From the NCBI GenBank assembly GCA_019428945.1, contig JAHYJM010000005.1:1562-65561 (forward strand): a stretch of 64,000 bases of DNA, read 5' to 3'. Positions 46,794 through 55,140 of the stretch are shown here, piece after piece (the stretch's first letter is position 1; each line of letters opens with the position of its first letter). This DNA comes from Bacillota bacterium (lineage in GTDB: Bacteria; Bacillota; Dethiobacteria; DTU022). Position numbers and translations under genes: made by a program. The notes beneath the pieces are model-generated. The model saw nothing but the letters and a program-made list of their open reading frames with translations. It was not told where the DNA came from and did not search any database.

Positions 46794-47579
46794 TCAATAG
46801 ACCATTTTCCCTTCTACAAAAAGCCGGGTACTTTCATTGTCAGGTTTCGAGAAAATTTTTTCTGTAGGGCCCATTTCAACTATTTTACCCTGGTTTATGA
46901 ATATAACCTGGTCGGCTATACGCTTTGCCTGAAAGACGTTGTGGGTGACCATGATGACGGTGATTGCTTTATCACGGGCCATTTTGATGATCATCTCTTC
47001 AATTAATTCTATATTGCCCGGATCAAGGTTGGCTGTTGGCTCATCAAGAAGCAGTATTTCCGGCTCGAAAGCAACCGCCCTGGCGATAGCTACTCTTTGG
47101 GCTTCACCCCCGGAAAGTGTTTCTGCCCGCCGGCTGGCCAGTTCAGTCATTCCAATCTGATCGAGAAGGGAGTTTACCCTGATTTCAATTTCCTTTTTAT
47201 TGAAACCGCGGGCTTTGAGACCGTAAGCTATGTTATTCCAGACGGTATCCTTAAATAAAAGGGTTTTTTGAAAGACAAGAGCCATATTGCGCTGTAGGGT
47301 TAGCTTTCCCAGCCCATTTTTTGGTGCAGGCTCGCCATTATATAGGATTTCCCCACTGCTTTGATCCGTTAGCATGTTTATAATTCTTAGCAGGGTGCTT
47401 TTACCGGCGCCGCTGGGTCCGATAACTCCATATATGCAGCCTTTGGTAAGAATGAGCTCATTAATATAAAGTACTTCTTCATCATATATCTTTCTGACTG
47501 CTTTCATTTCAAGCAGAATATTTTCACAGTTAATTTTTTTTGCCTCCTTTCTGGATTGTATAAAGGACTGAATTGACAA
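46794..47579 (-). CDS. tupC: Tungstate/molybdate-type ABC transporter ATP-binding protein (TupC-like)
   Basis: Walker A GPSGAGKST, ABC signature LSGGEAQRV, Walker B LLLDEP. It is in an operon with TupA/TupB-like genes. Confidence 0.8.
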   Translation of the reverse strand: MSIQSFIQSRKEAKKINCENILLEMKAVRKIYDEEVLYINELILTKGCIYGVIGPSGAGKSTLLRIINMLTDQSSGEILYNGEPAPKNGLGKLTLQRNMALVFQKTLLFKDTVWNNIAYGLKARGFNKKEIEIRVNSLLDQIGMTELASRRAETLSGGEAQRVAIARAVAFEPEILLLDEPTANLDPGNIELIEEMIIKMARDKAITVIMVTHNVFQAKRIADQVIFINQGKIVEMGPTEKIFSKPDNESTRLFVEGKMVY

Positions 47580-48228
47580 TAAAGGAAATCATCAGCAGAA
47601 TAATTCCCAATCCGATTGCCAGTTCAAAATTGCCTTTTCTTGTTTCGAGGACTATAGCGGTTGTCATAACTCTGGTGTGGCCTTCAATATTGCCGCCGAC
47701 GATCATAACCGCGCCAACCTCTGCCACTACCCTGCTAAAACCGGTGATTACTGCTCCCAGGATAGCATAGCGTGATTCTTTAACGACTGTCCATGCCGCC
47801 AGCGCAGAACCTGCACCAAGAGATCTGGCCGTTTCTTCAATTTCTCCTCCTTTGGCCCTGATCCCGACCATAGTCAGACCGATCACAATTGGTGAGGCAA
47901 GAAATACCTGGGCGATGATCATTGCTGATGGAGTATAAAGCAGACCAAGCACTCCAAGCGGTCCCTGCCTTGAGAGAATTAAGAAGATGATTAAACCGGC
48001 CACAACCGGAGGCATGCCCATAAATGTAAAGATGATTTTATTGAAAAAGCCGGTCTTTTTTTCTTCCTTTAAACCAAGTAAAGTACCAATGGGCACTCCG
48101 ATTAGAGTAGCTAATAAAATAGCAGTAATCGATACACGCAGTGATAACAGAACAATTGTCAGCAGATCCGGGTCAAATGATATGATCAGGCGAAGCGCTT
48201 CCAATAAACCTTCATATAGTCGGGACAA
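47530..48228 (-). CDS. tupB: Tungstate ABC transporter permease (TupB-like)
   Basis: 232-aa permease with 5-6 transmembrane helices. It lies between tupA and tupC. Confidence 0.8.
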   Translation of the reverse strand: MSRLYEGLLEALRLIISFDPDLLTIVLLSLRVSITAILLATLIGVPIGTLLGLKEEKKTGFFNKIIFTFMGMPPVVAGLIIFLILSRQGPLGVLGLLYTPSAMIIAQVFLASPIVIGLTMVGIRAKGGEIEETARSLGAGSALAAWTVVKESRYAILGAVITGFSRVVAEVGAVMIVGGNIEGHTRVMTTAIVLETRKGNFELAIGLGIILLMISFIVNSVLYTIQKGGKKN

Positions 48229-48445
48229 TAACTTACCTCCATTAAAAAAAATAGGCGCGCTCCTGAAGCATGATCTAAACTGTTTATAATACAGGCAGGT
48301 CAGAGGAGCGCACCCAGCTCGTATGGCTTATTTAAATTTGTCTCCCTGTAAAGGATTTATTTCTTATTATTTTTATGACGTGAAAGCTTTTTATAAAAAT
48401 CTGTAACAGATAAAGTCTTTTATAAAAAACTCACTTGCTCATTAA

Positions 48446-48474
48446 CCGGCGCTCCTGCATCGCAGGAGCGCCGG
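48446..48474. other. Perfect 13-bp palindromic hairpin (CCGGCGCTCCTGC-ATC-GCAGGAGCGCCGG) immediately 3' of tupA, inside the 250-nt tupA-tupB gap
   Basis: Read directly. A second imperfect hairpin sharing the GCGCTCCTG/CAGGAGCGC arms lies at ~48244-48300. Confidence 0.5.
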
Positions 48475-48480
48475 ACCTTT

Positions 48481-49380
48481 TTATTCCAATCCGTAACCTG
48501 GGAAGAAGAGTGTCTCGCCGTTAACCTGGTAAGAATTGATCAGGTTTTGCCCTTCTTCCGACATGAGGAATTCTACGTACATCATGGCATATTCGTACTT
48601 AATGCCCTCATGTAATTCAGGATTGACAGCCATGACGCCATACTGGTTAAAAAGAACCGGATCGCCTTCCAGCGCTATAACCAGGTCAATACTGTCTTTC
48701 ATTGAAACATAAGTGCCGCGGTCGGTAAGAGTATATCCGAGACGTTCATTGGCATGGTTAATTGTATCGCCCATACCCTGGCCGATTGACTCATACCAGC
48801 TTTCGCCTGCCGGATCAATACCGGCTGCTTCCCAGAGACGCAGTTCCATCCGGTGCGTTCCAGAATCATCGCCCCGTGATACAAAGATAGCGCCGCTGTC
48901 GGCAATTAAAGACATCGCTTCTGCTGCAGTTGTTACACCACCCACGCCAGCTGGATCCTCAGCAGGGCCAACAAAGATAAAGTCATTATACATGACATCA
49001 TAACGGTCTACAAAATAACCATCCTCTACGCCCTGCAGTTCTGATCCCCGATCGTGAACAAGCAAAACGTCAGCATCTCCACTGCGGCCGGTTTCCAACG
49101 CGGCCCCGGTGCCCTGGGAAACCACCCTGACTTCGAGGCCAGTTTGTTCTGTAAAAATTGGGTTAAGAAAATCGAGCAGGCCTGAATCATAGGTGCTAGT
49201 TGTGGTAGCCAGGATAATAAAGTCATCAATTAGCTCAACTTCTTCTTCCGGTGTGGTTTCTTCTTCAACCGGTTCTTCAACCGGGGCTCCTTCTTCTGCG
49301 CATCCGGCAAAGAATAAAAGTGCTGCCATAAGCATTAAACCAAATAAAAGCTTAAACTGAATTGAACTACGGTTAAACAT
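48481..49380 (-). CDS. tupA: Tungstate-binding periplasmic lipoprotein TupA
   Basis: Lipoprotein signal LLFFAGC and the TTTS oxyanion-binding motif (ILATTTSTYDSGLLDFL). Confidence 0.8.
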   Translation of the reverse strand: MFNRSSIQFKLLFGLMLMAALLFFAGCAEEGAPVEEPVEEETTPEEEVELIDDFIILATTTSTYDSGLLDFLNPIFTEQTGLEVRVVSQGTGAALETGRSGDADVLLVHDRGSELQGVEDGYFVDRYDVMYNDFIFVGPAEDPAGVGGVTTAAEAMSLIADSGAIFVSRGDDSGTHRMELRLWEAAGIDPAGESWYESIGQGMGDTINHANERLGYTLTDRGTYVSMKDSIDLVIALEGDPVLFNQYGVMAVNPELHEGIKYEYAMMYVEFLMSEEGQNLINSYQVNGETLFFPGYGLE

Positions 49381-49440
49381 TAAAAGTCCACTCTCCTCTT
49401 GGTAGTATATTAATTAATACTATGCTTTAATCCGCTGGAA

Positions 49441-49570
49441 AGATGGTCGTGGCATACAACCACGAGAGCCTTCTTTCCGCAACGGGAGGCACAGCTGTTT
49501 CCGGCCGTACCCCAGCCTGCTATTCATGACGCTGCAAGATCGCTTTAGAATGAACAGGTCGAAGGTAAAA
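49441..49570 (-). ncRNA. Structured 5'-leader element E1 directly abutting the tupA RBS; candidate Moco/Tuco-class riboswitch (translation-control type)
   Basis: Shares the conserved blocks CCTTCTTTCCGCAACGGGAGGC, GTTTCC and GATCGAAGG with E2 and E3. It is followed on the minus strand by AAGAGGAGAG (RBS) and the tupA ATG. Confidence 0.45.
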
Positions 49571-49621
49571 CTTTTAGAAATGCTTTATTCCTTAACACTT
49601 CACCCCCCTTGTTTGGTCAAC

Positions 49622-49795
49622 AAAAAAAATCGCAGTTTCCCATGGGTAAGTGCGATTTTAATAACTTTCCTTGATCCTTCTTTCCGCAATGGGAGGCCCG
49701 GCCGTTTCCAGCTAAACCCTGTCGTCCACCTTTCGTAGCAACATGTAGTGCTTTAGATACAGTGGATCGAAGGTTATTATTTAATTGTTAGCAAG
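49622..49795 (-). ncRNA. Structured element E2 with intrinsic-terminator expression platform; candidate Moco/Tuco-class riboswitch (transcription-termination type), in tandem upstream of E1/tupA
   Basis: ~85% identical to E3 over ~150 nt. The minus-strand hairpin ATCGCA..TGCGAT (49629-49656) is followed by U8. Confidence 0.45.
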
Positions 49796-49890
49796 CACAC
49801 TATATCAGGATATTTAAACCATGTCAACTTTGGCAGGTGATCAAAACCGGGCTGGTTTTGCCAGGTTGTTATAAAAAAATATCCTGATTT

Positions 49891-50766
49891 TTAGGCTTTA
49901 CCTACCTTTCCCTTATCCTCTATGGCAGCAGGAACATCTTCACGGTAGATGGTGGAACCGACTTCTCCTCCATCAAGTGCACTGCTAATACTTCCCGGTA
50001 CAAGCCCGTTGATAATCCGGATCTCTTTCAAGTTTTTGGCTGAAAGCAGGTATTCAAGTACGGCTCTTTCAATTACCAGGTCTTCCAAATCTCTTTCGAT
50101 TAAATCTTTTGCGCTGATTCTGGGAATCAACTCCGCATTTGAGTCAATTTTAGGATTATCCGTATAGAGCCCATCGACATCTTTGACATAGATACATTGC
50201 TTTGCGCCGATGACTTCTGCGAGCAAAAATGCTCCCACATCTGTGCGGTTCTGAGGCAATCGTCCTTCAGTCGGGAGCGGCTCCCAGTATCCGTAGGGAG
50301 GCATGCCGTGAACAACAGGAATGCATCCCTGGGCAAAATAGGCACCCAGCTTGGGTATGTCATCGTGGCCGATTTTAATTCCCCCGTAAGGGCTAAGCAG
50401 GGTGGAAAGGATTAACGCATTCTGTTCAGATACGCTCTGACCCAACTTTGCTATTATACCTGTGGGCATTCCCAGCTCCATGGCTATAGCGTAAACGTGG
50501 CGGGAACGAGTGCCTCCGCCAGTAGAGATTATCATTTTATGCTTTTTTGCGTTACTGACGATCTCTTCTATAATTGGTATTACTGCTTTAGCTCCGATGT
50601 CGGTAATACTTTGACCGCCGACTTTCAATACGCTGACATCGGGGAATACCTTGAAAGGTTCACCATATTCAAGACTTTTTAAAAAAGACTTACCAACCAG
50701 TGATTCACCCATCAGCTTGCTTTTCAGGTGAAGCCTTTTACTGTCTTTTTCCCGAATTAAAGCCAT
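49891..50766 (-). CDS. Amino-acid-kinase (AAK) superfamily protein (UMP-kinase / isopentenyl-phosphate-kinase / Mo-storage-protein-like fold)
   Basis: The N-terminal nucleotide-binding motif VLKVGGQSITD and MIISTGGGTRSRH. 291 aa. Last gene of the element-controlled operon. Confidence 0.7.
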   Translation of the reverse strand: MALIREKDSKRLHLKSKLMGESLVGKSFLKSLEYGEPFKVFPDVSVLKVGGQSITDIGAKAVIPIIEEIVSNAKKHKMIISTGGGTRSRHVYAIAMELGMPTGIIAKLGQSVSEQNALILSTLLSPYGGIKIGHDDIPKLGAYFAQGCIPVVHGMPPYGYWEPLPTEGRLPQNRTDVGAFLLAEVIGAKQCIYVKDVDGLYTDNPKIDSNAELIPRISAKDLIERDLEDLVIERAVLEYLLSAKNLKEIRIINGLVPGSISSALDGGEVGSTIYREDVPAAIEDKGKVGKA

Positions 50767-50818
50767 ACTTAGTCATTATCCTTCCAGGTTAATAAATTTA
50801 GGTTGCACAATGAACACA

Positions 50819-51043
50819 TTAATCATCATCTTCATCATCTAGATCGTCATTATGTTTGCCGGCTTCAAGGTAAACCACTTCTGCGCCTACAGCATCGGCT
50901 ATCTGCTCAACTTCCATCTTCCGAATATGCTTAATTTTGAACTTTACGTCAACGTCAGTTACTGCTACTATGGCGAAACGCGGTTTTTTCTCGCCATCTT
51001 TAACCTTTCGGCGTTCGCGAATAAAAATTTTCCCGCTACCCAT
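50819..51043 (-). CDS. Small protein (74 aa) with a poly-acidic C-terminal tail (DDLDDEDDD), function unknown
   Basis: ORF with RBS GGAGG, sitting between two co-oriented genes. Confidence 0.5.
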   Translation of the reverse strand: MGSGKIFIRERRKVKDGEKKPRFAIVAVTDVDVKFKIKHIRKMEVEQIADAVGAEVVYLEAGKHNDDLDDEDDD

Positions 51044-51129
51044 CTCATCACCTCCTAAATAGCATTATTAAGAATAGATTTAACTTATTATAATATATTA
51101 AATTCTTTATGTCACAATTATATCTATTT

Positions 51130-51885
51130 TTAATGATGCCGGCGAAGGTATTCCATGGGACAGGTTTGCCAGGAAGCCTGCTTATTGATATCATGATTCG
51201 GAACAACCAATAAAACTTTACGGTTGTTGATTAAAACGCCCTTCACTTTTTCCCCTAGTTTAATAACTGTATCATCTGAAAGTATCATGCCGGATAAATC
51301 CTCAACTGAGTCTATGGCAGTAGAATTTAGAAGAACCTTAACTGAAGTTGTTTCACCCGGTTTACCCAGTTCATACTTTCCCCTAAAACGCCCATCGCTG
51401 CCGCTTAATCGTAAACCTACCCCGGCCAGAGCTCCAATTACTCCATGGCCGGTTCCGCCATGTTCTGATAATCGTATATTTAGTGATGCAGCGAGATCAT
51501 AGGCGCTCGACTTGCTTAGGACTTCAACCTTAGCTCTACGGCCAAATCCAACTAAAGCCTCTTTTTGTTGATCGGAGAGAATATCAGCATTTGCCAGACA
51601 AAATCCCGGATCAGATCCGTTAGCTCTATATTGAACGAGAAGTTTGGGAAATAACTTTAAGAGCATTTCGGACCTTTTGGTATCCACTTCTGTCGTCACT
51701 GACATGGCGCTGTTATGAGAAGTATAAGGGATGGAAGGGTGAACGAAAAGCTGATGCCTCACCACTCCTGAAAAAGCGATCCCACTGTTAGCCTCAATTT
51801 CACTGACAATCTTTGTCAGCAGGCGCCCTGTTCCCATTTCTGTTGTATGGTTGTCCGTGTCATCTATGCCAATGATAACTTTCAT
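51130..51885 (-). CDS. Conserved hypothetical protein with N-terminal IGIDDTD motif (possibly TiaS-type kinase-domain-like), first gene after element E3
   Basis: 251 aa, no transmembrane segments. MKVIIGIDDTDNHTTEMGTGRL. The TiaS resemblance is recalled and low-confidence. Confidence 0.6.
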   Translation of the reverse strand: MKVIIGIDDTDNHTTEMGTGRLLTKIVSEIEANSGIAFSGVVRHQLFVHPSIPYTSHNSAMSVTTEVDTKRSEMLLKLFPKLLVQYRANGSDPGFCLANADILSDQQKEALVGFGRRAKVEVLSKSSAYDLAASLNIRLSEHGGTGHGVIGALAGVGLRLSGSDGRFRGKYELGKPGETTSVKVLLNSTAIDSVEDLSGMILSDDTVIKLGEKVKGVLINNRKVLLVVPNHDINKQASWQTCPMEYLRRHH

Positions 51886-52039
51886 TGTTTTATTCCACCA
51901 TCACTATCAGTTTTAAGCAAAAAATAGAGCTGATTTTTTTGCCGGCAAACTTTCCAACTACTTTGCAGTCAGAAAAACCATTGTTTTTTAAGTATTCCCT
52001 GCTAAACAAAATATTTCCTCCAGGGCATAATTAAAGACT

Positions 52040-52200
52040 AAAAAATCGCATCTTCCCGGTGAGAAATGCGATCAATTTATACTTGTGGTGATCCTTCTTT
52101 CCGCAACGGGAGGCGCGGCCGTTTCCAGCCGAACCCTGTCGTCCACCTTTCATAGCAGTATCAAGTGCCTTAGAAACAGTAGATCGAAGGTGATACATAT
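52040..52200 (-). ncRNA. Structured element E3 (aptamer-like region plus hairpin/U6 terminator) upstream of the 51885 operon; candidate Moco/Tuco-class riboswitch
   Basis: Conserved core GTGGTGATCCTTCTTTCCGCAACGGGAGGCGCGGCCGTTTCCAGCC...GATCGAAGG. The terminator ATCGCA..TGCGAT (52045-52072) is followed by U6 on the minus strand. Confidence 0.45.
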
Positions 52201-52299
52201 TTGATTGTTAACTACACTATGCATTTTATAACAAATATCTTAATTGGTCAAGAAAATTGATCAATATTACTTTGTTTTGGGTAGTTTTTTTGGGTTTGT

Positions 52300-52328
52300 T
52301 TGACAAAGCATTACCAGCGTGTTAAAAT
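52300..52328 (+). promoter_or_regulatory. Sigma-A promoter for rplU (TTGACA-17-TAAAAT), with an ~88-nt leader downstream (possible L21 leader)
   Basis: Hexamers read directly. It is divergent from element E3. Confidence 0.5.
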
Positions 52329-52422
52329 CTCGATTAGACTTATAACCGCACGAAGAAGGTCCAAAATGCCCCGCAAAGCATTGGGCTACCAGCTTCGGCG
52401 AGTCCTTACGGGGGGTTTGTTT

Positions 52423-52734
52423 ATGTACGCAATTATTGAAACGGGCGGTAAGCAGTACCGCGCTGAAGAAGGCAAAATTGTTCGCGTGGAAAAGCTGCCG
52501 GCTGAAAAAGGTGAAGCAGTAAAGTTTGAAAAAGTTTTAATGTGTGTCAATGAAGAAGAAACACAGGTAGGAAAGCCTTATCTCGAAGGCTGCAAGGTTG
52601 ACGGGAAGGTTGTTGGAGTAGGCCGCGGGCGAAAGATTATTGTCTTCAAGTTTAAACCGAAGAAGAATTACCGCCGTAAACAAGGCCATCGCCAGCCTTA
52701 TACCGATGTTCTAATCAACAGTATCAGTATTTAA
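52423..52734 (+). CDS. rplU: 50S ribosomal protein L21
   Basis: [21 protein letters not shown] 52423 with RBS GGGGGG; the ORF-track start at 52300 is too far upstream. Confidence 0.9.
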   Translation: MYAIIETGGKQYRAEEGKIVRVEKLPAEKGEAVKFEKVLMCVNEEETQVGKPYLEGCKVDGKVVGVGRGRKIIVFKFKPKKNYRRKQGHRQPYTDVLINSISI

Positions 52735-52783
52735 ATAAAATATTATTAAAATCATATGACAATCGGAAAGAGAGGTGTCATAA

Positions 52784-53056
52784 ATGGCTCATAAAAAAGG
52801 TGTAGGCAGTTCACGCAACGGTCGCGACAGCAACGCAAAAAGGCTTGGCGTCAAACGTTATGGCGGACAGATGGTTAAAGCCGGCAGTATCCTCATCCGG
52901 CAGAGGGGAACCAGGTTCCACCCCGGAATTAATGTGGGAAAAGGCAGTGACGATACGCTTTTTGCAACGGTTGATGGGCGAGTGACATTTGAATATAATG
53001 GTCGTGCCAAGAAACAGGTTAGTGTTTATCCTGAAGAAAGTGCAGCAGCTAACTAG
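52784..53056 (+). CDS. rpmA: 50S ribosomal protein L27 (no N-terminal propeptide)
   Basis: [29 protein letters not shown]. No prp/ysxB gene lies between rplU and rpmA. Confidence 0.95.
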   Translation: MAHKKGVGSSRNGRDSNAKRLGVKRYGGQMVKAGSILIRQRGTRFHPGINVGKGSDDTLFATVDGRVTFEYNGRAKKQVSVYPEESAAAN

Positions 53057-53131
53057 ATCGGCATGGTCCGGGTTTATACCCGGACCTTTCTTTATATCCC
53101 AGTAACCAGCTTTGCAGGTGATCTCAGGCTA

Positions 53132-54412
53132 ATGTTTGTAGATGAAATGGAGCTATCTGTTCGCGGAGGCCGCGGCGGCGACGGTGTGGTTTCGTTCCGC
53201 CGGGAAAAGTATGTTCCCAAGGGCGGCCCCGATGGTGGAGATGGCGGAGACGGCGGAAGTGTATACCTGTGGGCTGATCCCTCCAAACACAGTTTTCTGG
53301 ACCTGCGTTACAAACGAATATTAAAAGCCTCCGACGGAAGCCCGGGACGAAGTAAAAACCAGCATGGCGCTTCAGGGGAGGATCTTTTGGTGCCTGTTCC
53401 CCTGGGCACTATTGTTCGTGATAAAAATAATAAAGTTCTTGCCGACTTGGTTATTGCAGGTCAGCGGGCACTCGTTGCTCCAGGAGGAAAGGGCGGAAAA
53501 GGAAACGCCCGTTTCGCCAGTTCAAGGCGGCGTGCGCCACGTCTGGCTGAGAAGGGGTTACCTGGTTTTGAACGCGAGATCTTTCTCGAGCTCAAACTGA
53601 TGGCTCAGGTAGGCTTGGTAGGATTTCCTAATGCCGGTAAATCGACATTGTTAAGCAGAATAACCGAAGCAAAACCGAAAATTGCTTCTTATCCCTTTAC
53701 TACCCTTACTCCAAATCTTGGTGTTGTTAAAGTTGGAGATGAGGGTAGTTTTGTTGTAGCTGATTTGCCCGGTTTAATTGAAGGCGCAAGCGAAGGAGCC
53801 GGCCTGGGTCACCGTTTTCTACGTCATGTGGAAAGAAACCTTCTTTTACTGTTTCTTATAGACCTGTCCCCTGATGCGCATCCCAAACCTGTAGAAGCTT
53901 ACAGCTTGCTTAAAGGTGAACTTACTGCATTTAGCCCTGGATTAACCGACTACCCCGGAGTTATTGTTGGAAACAAACTTGATGTTGAAGGTAGCGCAGA
54001 TCGTTTTGAAGAGCTGCGTAACTCTGTCGGTGATGCAAAAATAGATGAATTAGCCTTTTTTGCCATTTCAGCAGCTACCGGCCAGGGTGTAAGCAAACTT
54101 CTGAAATATTTATTCACCCGGGTCAATGAATTATCTGAAGGAAAAACCGTGATTGATGAGGAAGAAATAATTAGGGCGTCTGAGAGCGAGCAGCTGCCAC
54201 TGGCTATAGATAAAGTTGAAGATGTTTTTGTGGTAAAAGGCACGGCGATAGAGAAAGCGGCAGCCAGAACTGACTTTGATAACGATGAAGCTTTGTTGCG
54301 TTTTCAGAATTATACCCGTCGGAGCGGCGTTGACAAAGAACTGCGCAGGATGGGTATAAAAGAAGGAGATACGGTGCGCATCGGGGATGAAGAATTTACA
54401 TACTATGAGTAA
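53132..54412 (+). CDS. obg: GTPase Obg/CgtA
   Basis: Gly-rich Obg fold (GGRGGDGVVSFRREKYVPKGGPDGGDGGDGG), G domain (GFPNAGKST), and the C-terminal OCT/TGS domain. Confidence 0.9.
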   Translation: MFVDEMELSVRGGRGGDGVVSFRREKYVPKGGPDGGDGGDGGSVYLWADPSKHSFLDLRYKRILKASDGSPGRSKNQHGASGEDLLVPVPLGTIVRDKNNKVLADLVIAGQRALVAPGGKGGKGNARFASSRRRAPRLAEKGLPGFEREIFLELKLMAQVGLVGFPNAGKSTLLSRITEAKPKIASYPFTTLTPNLGVVKVGDEGSFVVADLPGLIEGASEGAGLGHRFLRHVERNLLLLFLIDLSPDAHPKPVEAYSLLKGELTAFSPGLTDYPGVIVGNKLDVEGSADRFEELRNSVGDAKIDELAFFAISAATGQGVSKLLKYLFTRVNELSEGKTVIDEEEIIRASESEQLPLAIDKVEDVFVVKGTAIEKAAARTDFDNDEALLRFQNYTRRSGVDKELRRMGIKEGDTVRIGDEEFTYYE

Positions 54413-54433
54413 TATTTAAGGAGAGCTGTTAGC

Positions 54434-55081
54434 TTGTTTTTCGAAACAACCAGGAATAAGGCAGGTAAACTCAAAATAGGGCTGATGGGTGGTACTTTTG
54501 ATCCGATTCATGTGGGTCACCTTGTTACTGCAGAGGAAGCAAGACAGCAGTTTGATCTTGATTATGTTATTTTTGTTCCGACAGGTGTTCCTCCCCATAA
54601 AGATAATGAAATGATTTCACTGCCTGAACATCGTTTCCTGATGACTTCGCTGGCTGTAATGTCGAACCCTGCTTTTTTCGTATCGCGAATTGAAATCGAA
54701 CAAAAAGAGCCTACCTTTACTATCGACACGGTCAGGCATTTTGGATCCTGGAAAAACCCGGAACCCGAAATTTTCTTTATTACAGGCGCGGACGCCATAT
54801 TAGAGATCTTTACCTGGAAAGATTATGAAGAGCTACTGAGATTAAGTACATTTATTGCAGTCTCAAGGCCGGGATATTCACTTGACCGCTTCCACGAAAC
54901 CCTTGACCGTACCTGCCCTGACATGCAGCAAAAGGTGCACCTGCTGGAAATACCGGCCTTGGCGGTCTCTTCAACATTTATCAGGGAGCGGGTAGCGTTG
55001 GGCAAAACTATAAAATATTTAACTCCCGAGCCTGTTGAACAGTATATTAAGAAGCATGGGTTATACAGGGTGAGCAGCTAG
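54434..55081 (+). CDS. nadD: Nicotinate-nucleotide adenylyltransferase
   Basis: GLMGGTFDPIHVGHL (HxGH motif). TTG start. Confidence 0.9.
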   Translation: MFFETTRNKAGKLKIGLMGGTFDPIHVGHLVTAEEARQQFDLDYVIFVPTGVPPHKDNEMISLPEHRFLMTSLAVMSNPAFFVSRIEIEQKEPTFTIDTVRHFGSWKNPEPEIFFITGADAILEIFTWKDYEELLRLSTFIAVSRPGYSLDRFHETLDRTCPDMQQKVHLLEIPALAVSSTFIRERVALGKTIKYLTPEPVEQYIKKHGLYRVSS

Positions 55082-55140
55082 CAGCGCAGGTAGTACAGAC
55101 CTAGTTATAGGTTATAATATAAGCGGAGGTGTCTTATTAG

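Noticed and set aside
49526-49738. 70-aa plus-strand ORF across elements E1/E2
   Set aside because: It falls in a non-coding regulatory RNA region. Its sequence is conserved as nucleotide repeats (E1, E2, E3), not as protein.
52300-52734. 144-aa ORF-track version of rplU starting at 52300
   Set aside because: The N-terminal 41 codons overlap the promoter and leader. The L21 homology ([12 protein letters not shown]) begins at ATG 52423, which has a good RBS.
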